Of a stretch of 64,000 bases of DNA, positions 24,291 to 35,444 are shown piece by piece. Positions within the stretch are counted from its first letter, which is position 1; the number at the start of each line of letters is the position of its first letter. The translations under genes were made by a program, and so were the position numbers. The DNA comes from Lama guanicoe (taxonomy: Eukaryota), in contig MU053216.1 of the NCBI GenBank assembly GCA_013239625.1, positions 1,762,943-1,826,942 on the forward strand. The letters are read 5' to 3'. The notes beneath the pieces are model-generated. The model had not been told where the DNA came from. It made no database searches and worked only from the letters and a program-made list of their open reading frames with translations.

Positions 24291-25404
24291 ACATGAGGGG
24301 GTGTGGTGGGGGAGAGCACCCTCGTGCTAAATCCTCACCCTGAAATCCTGTTTCTTTTCAAAGCTGTGGTTCTGGTTGATGCTCAGTATGGCCCACATCT
24401 TGTCACAACCCGTAGAAGGAAATCCATTGTGAGATCGCTGAAAGATTAAGAAAAGATCTCTTATTTAATCAGGGTTAAATAACTTGTCAGCTAGAACCTT
24501 TCTAGCCAAATGCCCCCCTCTACAAAAATGTGCACTTTAAGGACGTTCATTTGCACAATCCAATTTGGACGTCGCCTGTCCCTTCCAGACGGGAAGGAGC
24601 TGGGAGGGTGGTCACTTGTGTATGCAGTGGTGGCACCTGGTGCTGGAGGCTGGGACGGGGGAGTCCAGGAGTGTTGACCGTAACTCATCGACTTTGTAAT
24701 TAAAGCAGAAATTCTTAAAGACTCCTGCCTGTGTGGGACTGGGAAGTATTTATTGCAGGAATTCCGTCTGCTTTGCCATAAAAATGTTGCTGTGTGATTG
24801 TGTTCAGGAGACCTAGAAACTCTGTTAAATCTCTGGTTGTGCAGACACCATGTCAACGTTTTCTGATGTCAGACATAAGGAGATGTGTGTGTGTGTGACT
24901 AACGTCCTAACCTTTCTGTATGGAATTTTGCTATTTTTAGACAGCAAGTCGGAGTCTCAGACCCCAGATAGCGGTTAGTATGGGGACAAAATGCGTTATG
25001 AGCACAATGTGCCATTTGCTGTGTTCGGTGCTCATCTCAGAGCGGCCGGCACCCCATGGAGGCAGCAGCCATCAGGCAAATGCATGGGCACCTCCAGGGC
25101 AGCAGCCCCCGTGCGTCGGTCTCCAAAGAGGGGCTTTGCTGGTGGGGCCAAACACCACTTAACACATGTGAAACCGAGACAAACACACATTAAAGTACAT
25201 GAACATAGTCTGTTTCCAATAAAAACTGTGCAATGGTGGGCAGTGTCAGCATTATTTATACCTTCTCCACAATTTTTTTTTACTTTTTTTTTAATTGAAG
25301 TATAGTCAGTTTACAATCCACAGATTTCCTTCCATCACTTTAAATGGAGCTTTGATATGGCTGGATTCATACCTACCATCTTTGTTTTGTCTCAGTCCCA
25401 GTGG

Positions 25405-25515
25405 GGTGGGGGAAGGAAATTCGGTTTATTTTTATTTATTTTTTAACAAAGTTATGGGGGATTGGACCTTGTGCACGCCAGGCACGCGCTCTACCACTGG
25501 GCTACACCCTCCCAC
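25405..25515 (-). mobile_element. Degenerate Vic-1-type SINE
   Basis: ggaccttgtgcacgccaggcacgcgctctaccactgggctacaccctccc with an A-rich linker. Confidence 0.75.
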
Positions 25516-26189
25516 CCAACGGTTCTTCGGTCTGTTCCTCATCCTTTCCTGCCGTCTTCTGGGTAAATTGAATATTTTTAGGTATTCCATTTGATCTCCT
25601 CTGTTGATTTTACCTGTACGTCATTGTGTGTGTGTGGGGGGGGGTGGTTGCTTTAGAGATTACAACGAGTATCTTTATCACACCTTTCACGTAACATTAT
25701 ATGACTTATTATATGACTTCACTACCATCCCTTTATTTAATTTTTCGTGTGATCACGAGGGAAGGATCTCTGCTACGCGTGTTCAATCTGGGGAAGATGA
25801 GCTGTGTTCAGATTCGCATTTTAAAATCACCGTGGACGCACCGTGCTCCCCCGCCCAATCACGGAATTGAAAATGGGGTTCACGGCGTTGCTGGCCTACC
25901 TGAGAATCTTACTTCTTCAGGGACAGCTGCCTCTTCTGCTTTTCTCTTTTGCGATAATGGATGTAAATTAAGAAAGGCAAAGGAAACGTTTAGCAGAAAC
26001 CTTTCTTTAAAGGGAGCTTGACGCAGGGCTGCTTGGCGAGCAGGTCGGGGTGTCAGGGCCGTGCTTCCTCAAGGCGGTGAGAGTTTCCATCTCTCAGACG
26101 CCGAATCACGTCGTTGAGCTTCCAGTTGCCCGACCCGTCATCTGGGAAAGTGAGGGGCCTTGAGAGGCCCAGCTTCTGGGTGACCGCCC

Positions 26190-26620
26190 TCGCGTTCGAC
26201 AGAACCCCTCCCCCCGGCCTTCCCGCCCTTCCCGCCGGTGACTCAGCAAGGCAGGGCGCAGCCCATGGCGCACCTCTGCCACTTCGCACAGAAGGTGGTG
26301 TCTGGCGGGGCGGGGCGGGGGGCCGCTGGGCGCGGGCGAGGCCGGCGCCGGCGGGGGCTGTCGGTGCAGACTGGGCGCCTCTGGAAACTCGCTTTCTTGG
26401 CCACCAAAGGAACAATTTTTAAAAAAATCAGTGCCTTTACCAGTAGCATGGCGAAATATTGCCCTTGCTTGTAAAGCGATTGGTTTGAACGTCCAGGGCT
26501 GAACCCTGCGGAATCCCACCTGTGACTCCTTCACAGCACACGGGCGCGCACGTCCCGCATCGCTGCTTGTGCGCTTGATTTTCAAAGCGGCGTGTGGGCG
26601 GTGGGCCACGCCTTCCAGCA
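26190..26620. promoter_or_regulatory. Small non-repeat CpG-rich element with ARE and GC boxes (enhancer or alternative promoter)
   Basis: GTGACTCAGCA at 26238-26248, GGCGGGGCGGGGCGGGGGG at ~26304-26322, GATTGG at ~26478, high CpG. Confidence 0.6.
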
Positions 26621-27424
26621 GGCTGGGCATGGGAGGTTATTTCCGCTGATTAACGAAGCTGATAGGCAGAAGGAGCCGTGTCTGTGACGACGGTGTGCTT
26701 CATTGTTCAGAATTATTTTCCAGAATATTTTACAAGTTGAACACGGACACACACGCTCAGCCAAGGCTCTTCTGAGAGCCGCTGTGCTTCTCGCTGGCCA
26801 CCTGGAGTAGCTGCGATCCAGGACACGCAGCCCCAAGCTCCCTGCCATCAACCCCTCTGCAGGCTCTGCGGAGAGAAGCAGGATTTACGGAGGACTGCCT
26901 GGAGTCTTTGCTGTCCATCCATTTTTCAGATGTCATCACCAACCTGTTGTCCCACAGACCCCTGGGGGAATGTGGAGTAGGTACGATCATTTTGTCATTG
27001 TTATCTGTACGGACACCACGGTGACATCGAAGAGTTTGTTTAAGGGAATAGAGCCTTTTCCAATCCCCAGGGCTTTACTCAGAAGAAGAAAGTCGTGTGA
27101 TAAATGAAGTCAGGAGTGGGAGATGGAGCTGGAGTCTCCTGGCTCTGAACTTAAACTCAGGCGCTTCCCGCTCCTCCCTGGCCCCCGAGCAGCCGGCATC
27201 GGGAGGGGCCCTACGCCTGGCTTCCGTGGCTTTTGCTCCTGTGCACTGTGGGTACCAGGCAGCTGGTAACATGAAGAGAGGGGCGTTTCCCACTGGAGGT
27301 GCATTTCCTGGGATGCTAAACTCTCCTTTGTAGCTGACAGCCTTAGAAGTGGGAAAGACATCTTTACAACATCGATACAGAAAATAATTTTTAAAAAATT
27401 TCCAGGGAGAAAGAGTGTGAGACG

Positions 27425-27670
27425 TGATAAACTGGGAATTCAAGATTTGCAAATATTAATGACTATATATAAAATAGATAAAAGACAAATTTCTTCTGTA
27501 GCGCACAGGAAACTATATTCAATGTCCTGTAGTAACCTATAATGAAAAAGAATATGAAAAGGAATACATGTTATATATATGGATGCCTGGGACGCTGTGC
27601 TGCACACCAGAAACCGACACATTGTAACTGACTGTACCTCAATAAAGCAAACAAGCAAACAAGCAAACAA
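27425..27670 (+). mobile_element. Camelid/cetartiodactyl L1 3' end
   Basis: gataaactgggaattcaagatttgc...ctataatgaaaaagaatatgaaaagg...acattgtaactgactgtacctcaataaa. Confidence 0.85.
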
Positions 27671-28273
27671 TTTCCCCTTGACATGGAGCAGCGGGAGAAG
27701 GAGCCCCCGGGGTCAGGTGTGTAAGGACTGGGGTTGGGGCCGCCAGCCCGGCCCTTGCTCGCCCGTCTGTCACCCCAGAGCTGAACGCCAGAGCCACCGC
27801 GGGCCTGGTTTGTGGGCCTGTTTGTTGCTTTATGCCCACAGCAGACTTTTTTAAGGAGGGAGCCTAAGAAGCACTGAATTTGGGGAAAAGAAGTTATTAC
27901 GAAGCCCCGAAATTGTAGTAATTCTGCCAGTTTTCCTAAAGTTGTCTTTATCAGATCTGCAGGCTGTACTCTTCTGGTCTGGGTTCTAAAACACACGAGA
28001 AGTTGCCGCGAGTTCTGGAAAGCCAGTGCGAGGAGGGAAATACAGTGATGCTTATGTCCCCCTTAGCGCTTCACTTACGGAGAATTAGAACGGCCCACGC
28101 GGGCAATATGAGAGCATTTGCAAAGAGTACCATGAAACTTTGTTTTTACCTGATCATCTAAAAGCAAAACAGATGATAAAAGTAACTGTTTTTAGTGTAA
28201 AATGTAAGAATTTCAAACCTCTGAAAACCGGTGTTGAGGTTTTTCACAATTGCACACTTCCTTTCCACTTTAG

Positions 28274-28640
28274 CCCCACACCTGGGCACCCTGCCTCTGT
28301 GTGTCCCCACACCTGGGTGCCCCTGCCTCTGTGTGTCCCCACGCCTGGGCGCCCTGCCTCTGTGTGTCCCCACACCTGGGCGCCCCTGCCTCTGTGTGTC
28401 CCCACGCCTGGGCGGCCTGCCTCTGTGTGTCCCCACAAAAAGGGCGCCCCTCATCTGTGTGTCCCCACACCTGGGTACCCCTGCATCTGTGTGTCCCCAC
28501 ACCTGGGCACCCTGCCTCTGTGTGTCCCCACGCCTGGGCGGCCCTGTCTCTGTGTGTCCCCACGCCTGGGCGGCCTGCCTCTGTGTGTCCCCACGCCTGG
28601 GCGCCCTGCCTCTGTGTGTCCCCACGCCTGGGCGCCCCTA
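28274..28640 (+). repeat. Minisatellite, 31-32-bp unit, ~11.6 copies
   Basis: Consensus CCCCAC(A/G)CCTGGGCG(C)CCCTGCCTCTGTGTGT repeated head-to-tail without spacers. Confidence 0.97.
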
Positions 28641-29130
28641 CTCATCCCCACATTCTGAGGAACCAGCCTCAGCTGTCGGGGGTCGAATATGCCCGTCACT
28701 TTTAGGCCCCTTGGCGTCTGCCGGCACCATCGTCCTGGTGCAAACCTCTCACTCCCGAGGCTGTGTGTTTGCTGCCTGTTCTTCCTTTACGTCCTCCGCA
28801 CGCTGTCGCTGACGTGTGCCCTCCCCCTCCAGGCCCTCGTGGCACTTGAGTCTGCACCGCGCTTTACACGTCTGTTTTCTCGCCGTCTCACACGTTTCCA
28901 CGCCGGGCTTCCTGGCTGGACCACAGGCGCCTTGGGGGCAGAGCGGCAGGTGCTTGGTGGACACCTGTCGTTGCTGACGAGACGTTGATGTACCCAGAAC
29001 GGAGGCGCCCTGACGGGAGGATCTGGCCCTGCCAGCTCCTGCTGCTTTTAACTTCCTCGCTGTGTGTTGCTCAGTCCTCAGCTCGTCCTTGTGACGGTTG
29101 GAAATACGAGACTGATTTGCACACTGACTT

Positions 29131-29510
29131 TTTATTAGTCTACCGGGGCTGCCACCGGGAGACACTGCAGACGGGGTGACTGAAACCACAGACCTTTATC
29201 CTCCCGCACTTCTGGAGCTGGAAGCCCAGGGTCAGAGGGCTGGCGGGGTTGGCTTCTGGTGAGGACTCCCTTCCTGGCTTCTGGACGGCCGCCCTCTGGT
29301 CCCGGCCTCTGAGTGAGCGGAGAGAGACACGCACCCTCTGGAGTCTCCTCCTCTTCTCACGAGGCCACGGTCCCAGCAGATCAGGGCCCCACCCCCACGT
29401 CCTCATTTACCCTTAGTCACCTCGTTCAAGCCCCATCTGGAAATGCAGTCACGTTGGGGGCTGGGCTTCAATATACAAATTTCAGGGGGGACGCAGTTCG
29501 TTCCGTAACA
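29131..29510 (-). mobile_element. MaLR LTR (MLT1A/B-like), GC-shifted
   Basis: tattagtct...ggggctgcc...ttctggagctggaagcccagggtcag...gactcccttcctggctt...agggccccaccc...cagttcgttccgtaaca. Confidence 0.85.
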
Positions 29511-29694
29511 CCTTTCAAATGGAGTTTGTGTTTCTCAAAATAGCAATTTGTTGTTCTTGCGTCAGAAGATGATACTGGGTCCCTCCCTTTCCCCAGTGAC
29601 TGGGCGAACTTACTAAAATCAGGAGCCGACAGGTCCTGCACAGGCACCACGGGGCCGCGGGGAGGCGGTGGCGGGGGGCGGTTTGGGGCTGGGG

Positions 29695-29895
29695 CTCCGA
29701 GCCAGGTCCTTGTGGTTTCCACCTGACTCGGCCCTTGAGTGGCTGTGTGACCCGGGCCGTGCTACTGACCTCTCTGTGCCTCTGTTTCCTTTATGTGCAA
29801 AATGGGAATGATCGTCAGGGTTCTGCTTCCTCGAGGGCGGTGGTGTTGCGGGGCTTAAGTGAGTGAATGTGTGTGAGGCTCCTGGCGTGTTAGTG
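29695..29895 (+). mobile_element. MIR SINE, GC-shifted
   Basis: ggctgtgtgacccgggcc...acctctctgtgcctctgtttcctttatgtgcaaaatggga. Confidence 0.8.
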
Positions 29896-30129
29896 CTGTT
29901 TACCTTAGGAACCGTCTCACTGAGATGCCGCCTGTGTGTGCGCGCGCGTGCGTGCGTGTGAAGCACCCCGGTCGGCGGGTAACTGTGGGGACACTATTTA
30001 ATGCTTGTCTTGATTTGAGGCAACCATACTGCTTTCGAAAAAGCGCCAGCCGTAAATCAGCTGAAGCGCTGGAGGAAAGGGTTCAGGCAAAGGTCGCACA
30101 TCCGTCACCTGCCTCTTGTATCCAATTCC

Positions 30130-30980
30130 CCTGAATTCAACAAATATTTACTGAGCATGTCATAAGCACGGTATGGTCGGTGCTAAGATACAGGTGTACA
30201 CAGGTGGCCTGGGGGCCCAACAGAGGGTCCTTGGGCGAAGCCTGAAGGAGTTGGTGGCAACTCAGAGGACGTCCTGGAAGTGGTGATGTCGGAACTGAGT
30301 TTTGAAGGGTGCACAGAAGTTGGAGATAAAGTGCCTGTGACCAGCAGCATACTGAGTTGCTCTAGTTCTCAAACCAGTTTCAACAGCATTTCTTTTGCAG
30401 AAAGCTCTCCGGTCGTAGCATCATTAGCTGTTGAGAAGTAGACGGCAGAACATTCCAGCAAAACAAGGGGAAACCACGCTTTCCGAGGATATTCTGTGTC
30501 TATATAGTGGGGAATGGGCCAGACACACGGCCCTCGCCTTCCTGAGCATCAGGGAACTCGAGGAGGACAGAGCAGCAGAAGGGTGACGTCTGCGGTGACG
30601 GTGGAGGTAGAGGGTGCTGGCAGGACAGGGAGCGGCCTCGGGTCACAGGGAGCAAGGCTGAAACCTCAGTGATGACTAAAGAGCAGCCAGAAAAAGACGT
30701 GAAGGGGAGGAGTGTCTCAGGAAGAGAGAACAGCACGCGAAAGGCCGAGACGACGTTTTATTAAAAGCCAAAAACTCCACGGTGGTGGGAGCCACAAGGG
30801 AGAGTGGCCGGGAGGTGCGGCTGGAGAGGCAGACAGGCTCCAGCAGAGAAGGTTCTAGGACACCACTGGCAGGAGGTGGGGTTTTAACCAGAGGGCAGTT
30901 GGAAACCCTTGCAGAGATTTTAGCAGGGAGGGTACACGGTCAGATTTACATTTTCAAATAATCCCTGTGGCTGGAGGCAG
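30130..30980 (-). mobile_element. L2 fragments
   Basis: aattcaacaaatatttactgagc... and ...gattttagcagggagggtacacggtcagatttacatttt. Confidence 0.6.
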
Positions 30981-31968
30981 GAGGGGTGGCTGGATAGTTG
31001 CTATGCAATGCTGTGAAACTTTAGGAAAAAAAGAACACACATAAAAAAACTATCTTTTTTATCTGACTTGAGCGACTATGAAACCGTAAAAAGAAAATTT
31101 CAAAACACGATGACTTGAGAATGAGCCACCATGCTGCTGCTCTGATGATTTGTAATTTCTTCTGTTTTGGCGTCCTGTTCCTCCTTGCACATCCATTTCT
31201 TAGTCCCGGTGGCGGCCTGGTGCGTCCCCCACGTTCATCACCCAGGGCTGCACATGGCCAGCTGTCACCGCCCTGGAGCACACGGAGTCGCCCAAGGAAG
31301 GAGCATCTCAGCTGGAAGTCCGTTTTCAGCAGGGGCTCTTAGACGTTGGGGCTCATATTTGAGGCTGTCATTTGCTTCTCTGTTCAGAGAGGCCTGCTGC
31401 TTGCAGCAGGTCCCCTGCAGCCTGATGGCCCCAGCAGCTCATTGTACCTAAGATTCTGTTGCTCTGAAGCCAGGCCGTCTGGGGTATTTCAGTTACTGTT
31501 GGCAAACGCTCATTCCCCTCCGCTCCTGCTGGGGCAGAGTGTACTTCTCTGTCTCGTTGATTTTGGATCTGGCCATGTGACTTGCTTTGGGCAGAGGACT
31601 GGTGGTCGATGTCCCGTAATCTAGGGGCTGATTGTGTTTGTATGTCCAGCGTGGGCCTGAGGAGCAGGCACCCACCCTGAGGAGTCCGTGCTCTGCGTGG
31701 CTGTGGTCTGGGGAGGGTGAGGGATCCATGGAGCCTGCCTGTCCCTAGCCACACCCACGTGCACCTGGTCTGCGCCTGCAGGGGAGTCACCATGCCCAGC
31801 CCAGCCTGGACCCCACAAACGAAGCTGACCTGTTGTCACAGGGCCCTGAGCTTGGGTGGCCTTTCCTGCAGCACATTGGTGGCAAGAGCTGGCAACATCC
31901 ACGGGTCTTCCCCGGGGCCTCCAGCGAATTCTGTAAATGCCACAGTCTGCCGTTAAGACTACATTTTG

Positions 31969-32113
31969 CGGGGAGGGTACAGCTCAGTGGTAGAGCGTGT
32001 GCTTAGTGTGCACGAGGTCCTGGGTTCAACCCCCAGTGCCTCCCGTAATAATAAACAAACAAACCAAATTACCTCCCCCCAAAACAAGCAAAACAAACTT
32101 TTTGGAAAAAACA
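31969..32113 (+). mobile_element. Vic-1-type SINE with TSD
   Basis: tRNA-like head and tail. TSD AAG(A/C)CTACATTTTG at 31955-31968 and 32114-32127. Confidence 0.92.
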
Positions 32114-32544
32114 AAGCCTACATTTTGAATCAGTTCAACCATTTTATTTTTGGGTTAAATTTTTTTAAATTGACTTTTGTGGGGGGTAATTAGGTTTGTT
32201 TATTCATTAATTATTTACTTATACTCCTTGGGGTGCGTGCGTCTTTTTGCGTTAGTGTGTTGGGTTTTTGATGTGCACCCAGGGGCAGAGTTGCTGGGTC
32301 GCCGGTAGTTCTGTTTTCAGTTTTTTGAGAGGCCACCATACTGCTCTCCACAGCGGCAGCATCCTTGTTTTAACCACATTTTTGCCAATAGGCAGTAACA
32401 CTCGCAAGTCCGGGGAGTAGGACCTGAATGTTTTCTGGGGGCAGTTCCTCAGCTTGCTGCCAAGCATAACGGCCGTGCGGGCCAGTTGTCCAGTTCCGTG
32501 GAGCAGGAGAGTTGTGTATCGAGGTGGACTGAATAATGACTCCC

Positions 32545-32810
32545 TTTTTTACTGTGGTAAATAAACATGTACCACTTTAACCATTTTCAGGTGTTGTGAC
32601 TTCAGGGGCGTGAAGCACACGCACACTGTTGTGCAGCCGTCACCCCACGTGTCTCCAGAACTCTCCCATCTTCCCAAACCGAAGCTCTGCTTCATTAAAC
32701 ACCAGCCCCCAAGCCCCCAGCCCCCGACAGCCACCCTTCTACTTTCTGTCTATTAATTTGACTACTCCAGGGGCCTCATGAAAGTAGAATCACACAGTAT
32801 TTATCCTTTT
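32545..32810 (-). mobile_element. L1MB 3' end
   Basis: tttttactgtggtaaataaacatg...tccagaactctcccatcttcccaaac...tttgactactccagggg...agtagaatcacacagtatttatcctttt. Confidence 0.85.
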
Positions 32811-35019
32811 AGACATACATTTTCAAACAACTTTTTGAACTTGTTGATTGTAATACAAATATTCTCAGACTATTTAATTTGTGGCCTAAATGTGGGTCAG
32901 GACAGCAACTAACGTGAAAGTTGGATGCCATTAAAAACCGGCACCAAACCCTTTGGCCGTAAGAATTTCCAAGAGGAAATACGAGAATCTGCTGGAGACC
33001 TTGACTTCTGCCAGTCCAATAAAGAGAGGGAATATTAAAGTTTCCTCTAAAAAGCCAAGATTGATGTGAATGGCAAACACTATTTGTGAAACAATCTCTA
33101 GGTTCCTCATTCTCTGCTTTGATTTCTCTATTAAAAGAATTGGATGGTGGATGGGGTTGTCCTACAGCACAGGATTGGAATGAAAAGCTCCAAAACCAAC
33201 CCAGATTGTCCCCCTTCCTCACATCCAGTAGAAGCGTGGGATTATGATGGACCCACATGTGTCCATGGAGACCTCTGATGACTGTGTGCCTGGTGAGAGG
33301 AGAGGCAGAGAAGGTTCTTTGCCTTTTGCCCACATTATTGAAACCAGTAAAGGAGACCGATCGTGGCCCCTTCCCCCTCCCCCCACCCTGCCCTGACTCC
33401 TTTTCAGACAACTGTCAGTGGTAAATTATCTGAGGTAGAACATCACGTTGACGGTCGCCTTGAGATAAACAGTGGGTGTCTGCGTATGAGCTGATTGGCC
33501 GGCCGCTCTTTCATTCATTCATTCCTTCTCACAGAGGTGATGAGCACCAGCTTTGTGCTGGTGCTGGGGATTCAGCAGGTGAGCGGGTCCCCGCCCCATC
33601 AGGATGCCCTGACATCCTTCCCAGGGGAGAGGTGAGTCAGGGGGCCGTGATGGAATGTGACACCCAGGCTGCAGGAGGGTGGGGACGGAAATGGCTGGTA
33701 CAGCGGAGATTCTCTGTGTTGTGGGGCAGGGTGGGCTCTCCTAGATGGAGCAGTCCTGGTCCCAGAGGAGCCGGAGGACTGTGTTTCCCAGAGGAGGAGC
33801 TGCAGTCAATGGTCACAAACTGGGAGCACCTTGGTGAGTTCAGGGACCAAGGCCAGGGCAGTGGCAGCCGCCAGAGCAGAGCGAGGGTAAGACCTCCCAG
33901 AGAGGCCGGTGGCAGCCGGAGCCACTATTCACCCATCCGTCAGCATTTGTCCACCCAGCCATTTATGTACCTTCCCGTCAAAAATCATTTGGGAGAACTT
34001 ATAAACATGCACATAACAGGATAAAACAAATAAATGACAGAAGAGGGGGCAACTAGAAAAAGAAAATAAAGCTGGCAGAAGCTTAGCTGCAAAATGCACA
34101 TCCTAACACCCGTTCCCCTGTGAGCAGGGTCTATAGATTTAGTTCAGAGCTTCCTAGGAGCCAAAGCAAAGAGAGAAAAGAGTTCCATTAGCTGATTCAT
34201 GGGGTCCATGAACTCAAAGCAAACTATTTTTTTAGAAGAAATACGGCACTCTGTCCTGAGAGTGGAAGGAACTTCTTCCTGGAGTCTGTGGTGTCTCTTG
34301 CTGTGTCACCTGGGCGGGGGGCATCTTGGATTCCAGTAGCCGCTTTGTGAGTGGCCTGGGTAGATCAGGCTGAGAAAGGAAGTGGTGTGCGGCTTGGAAG
34401 GTGGAAGGGACCAGCCGCTTTTACTCTGTGCAGGTGGCAGAGTCGGCAGGGAGGGACAGACCCAGGGATGCCGGCCGGGCCCAGCTGTGCCCGCTGCTCA
34501 CCATGTCCAGCCCTCTGCCCAGACCTGGCCCTGAAGACGGGCGGGTGGGCCCCACTTCTGCACGTCTGTGGCTCAGCTCGCCTCCACGCCCGCGGTGGGC
34601 AGTGCCCCGCGCCTGTCTCTCCAGCGCATCCCCGAGCCCCGATGGTCCGCCTGTGCCCGCGCTTCAGGGCGGCTGGTCCTCCACGCCCTCCCTGACTGGA
34701 GGATGTGGGGTCCTGTAATAACTCCCTGGAGATCCTCATCACAGGTCCGACTAGGGATCGGACGGCAGGACAGAGCCACCCCTACAGCTCGTGGGAGCCG
34801 GGGGTCCCCCCAGAGCTAAGAGCCGAGGACGCTTGAACATGGCCCCGCCGCGCCCTGGGTGAGGAGGGTGAGGCTGAGTTGCCGGGGAACTCAGTTTTAA
34901 GTTTTAACGAATTAAAACTAAAATTAAAATAAGAAAAACTAGTAACTCAAGTCAGTTACTGGAAAACTTTTAAGTGCGATTCGGAGCAACGTGAATAGGT
35001 GAATCTACATCTTTAGGGG

Positions 35020-35165
35020 TTTTTGTTTTTGTTTTTGTTTTACTTTTTTTGTGGGAGGAGGTAATTTAGTACATTTATTTATTTGTTTAATGGAGGTACC
35101 GGGGATGGAACCCAGGGCCTCCTGCACGCTAAGCACCCGCTCTACCGCTGAGCTCTACCCTCCCC
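35020..35165 (-). mobile_element. Vic-1-type SINE nested in the Charlie element
   Basis: SINE head and tail. TSD AATCTACAT at 35002-35010 and 35170-35178. Confidence 0.9.
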
Positions 35166-35280
35166 TGTCAATCTACATTTTTTTAATTTAAATTTTATGA
35201 AACCTAAATACATACCCGTTCTATCTGATGAACATTTATAGCTCAAGTTGAGAAAGACTGTGCGGGTAAAATACACACTG

Positions 35281-35444
35281 TATTTTATTTTATTTTATTT
35301 TATTTTATTTTATTTTATTTTTTTAGATTCCACATATGAGCAATCTCACATGGTATTTTTCTTTCTCTTTCTGGCTGACTTCACTTAGAACGACATTCTC
35401 CAGGGACATCCATGTTGCTGCAAAAGGCGTTACGTTGTCGGTCG
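35281..35444 (-). mobile_element. Short L1 ORF2-end fragment with (TATTT)n tail, nested in the Charlie element
   Basis: ttttagattccacatatgagc...ttcacttagaacgacattctccagggacatccatgttgctgcaaaaggc. TSD CACTG(T/C)ATTTTA at 35276-35287 and 35445-35456. Confidence 0.85.

Noticed and set aside
28140-28812. Repetitive Cys/Pro-rich ORFs and a CRISPR-like appearance
   Set aside because: This is a head-to-tail minisatellite with no unique spacers, in a mammalian context with no cas genes.
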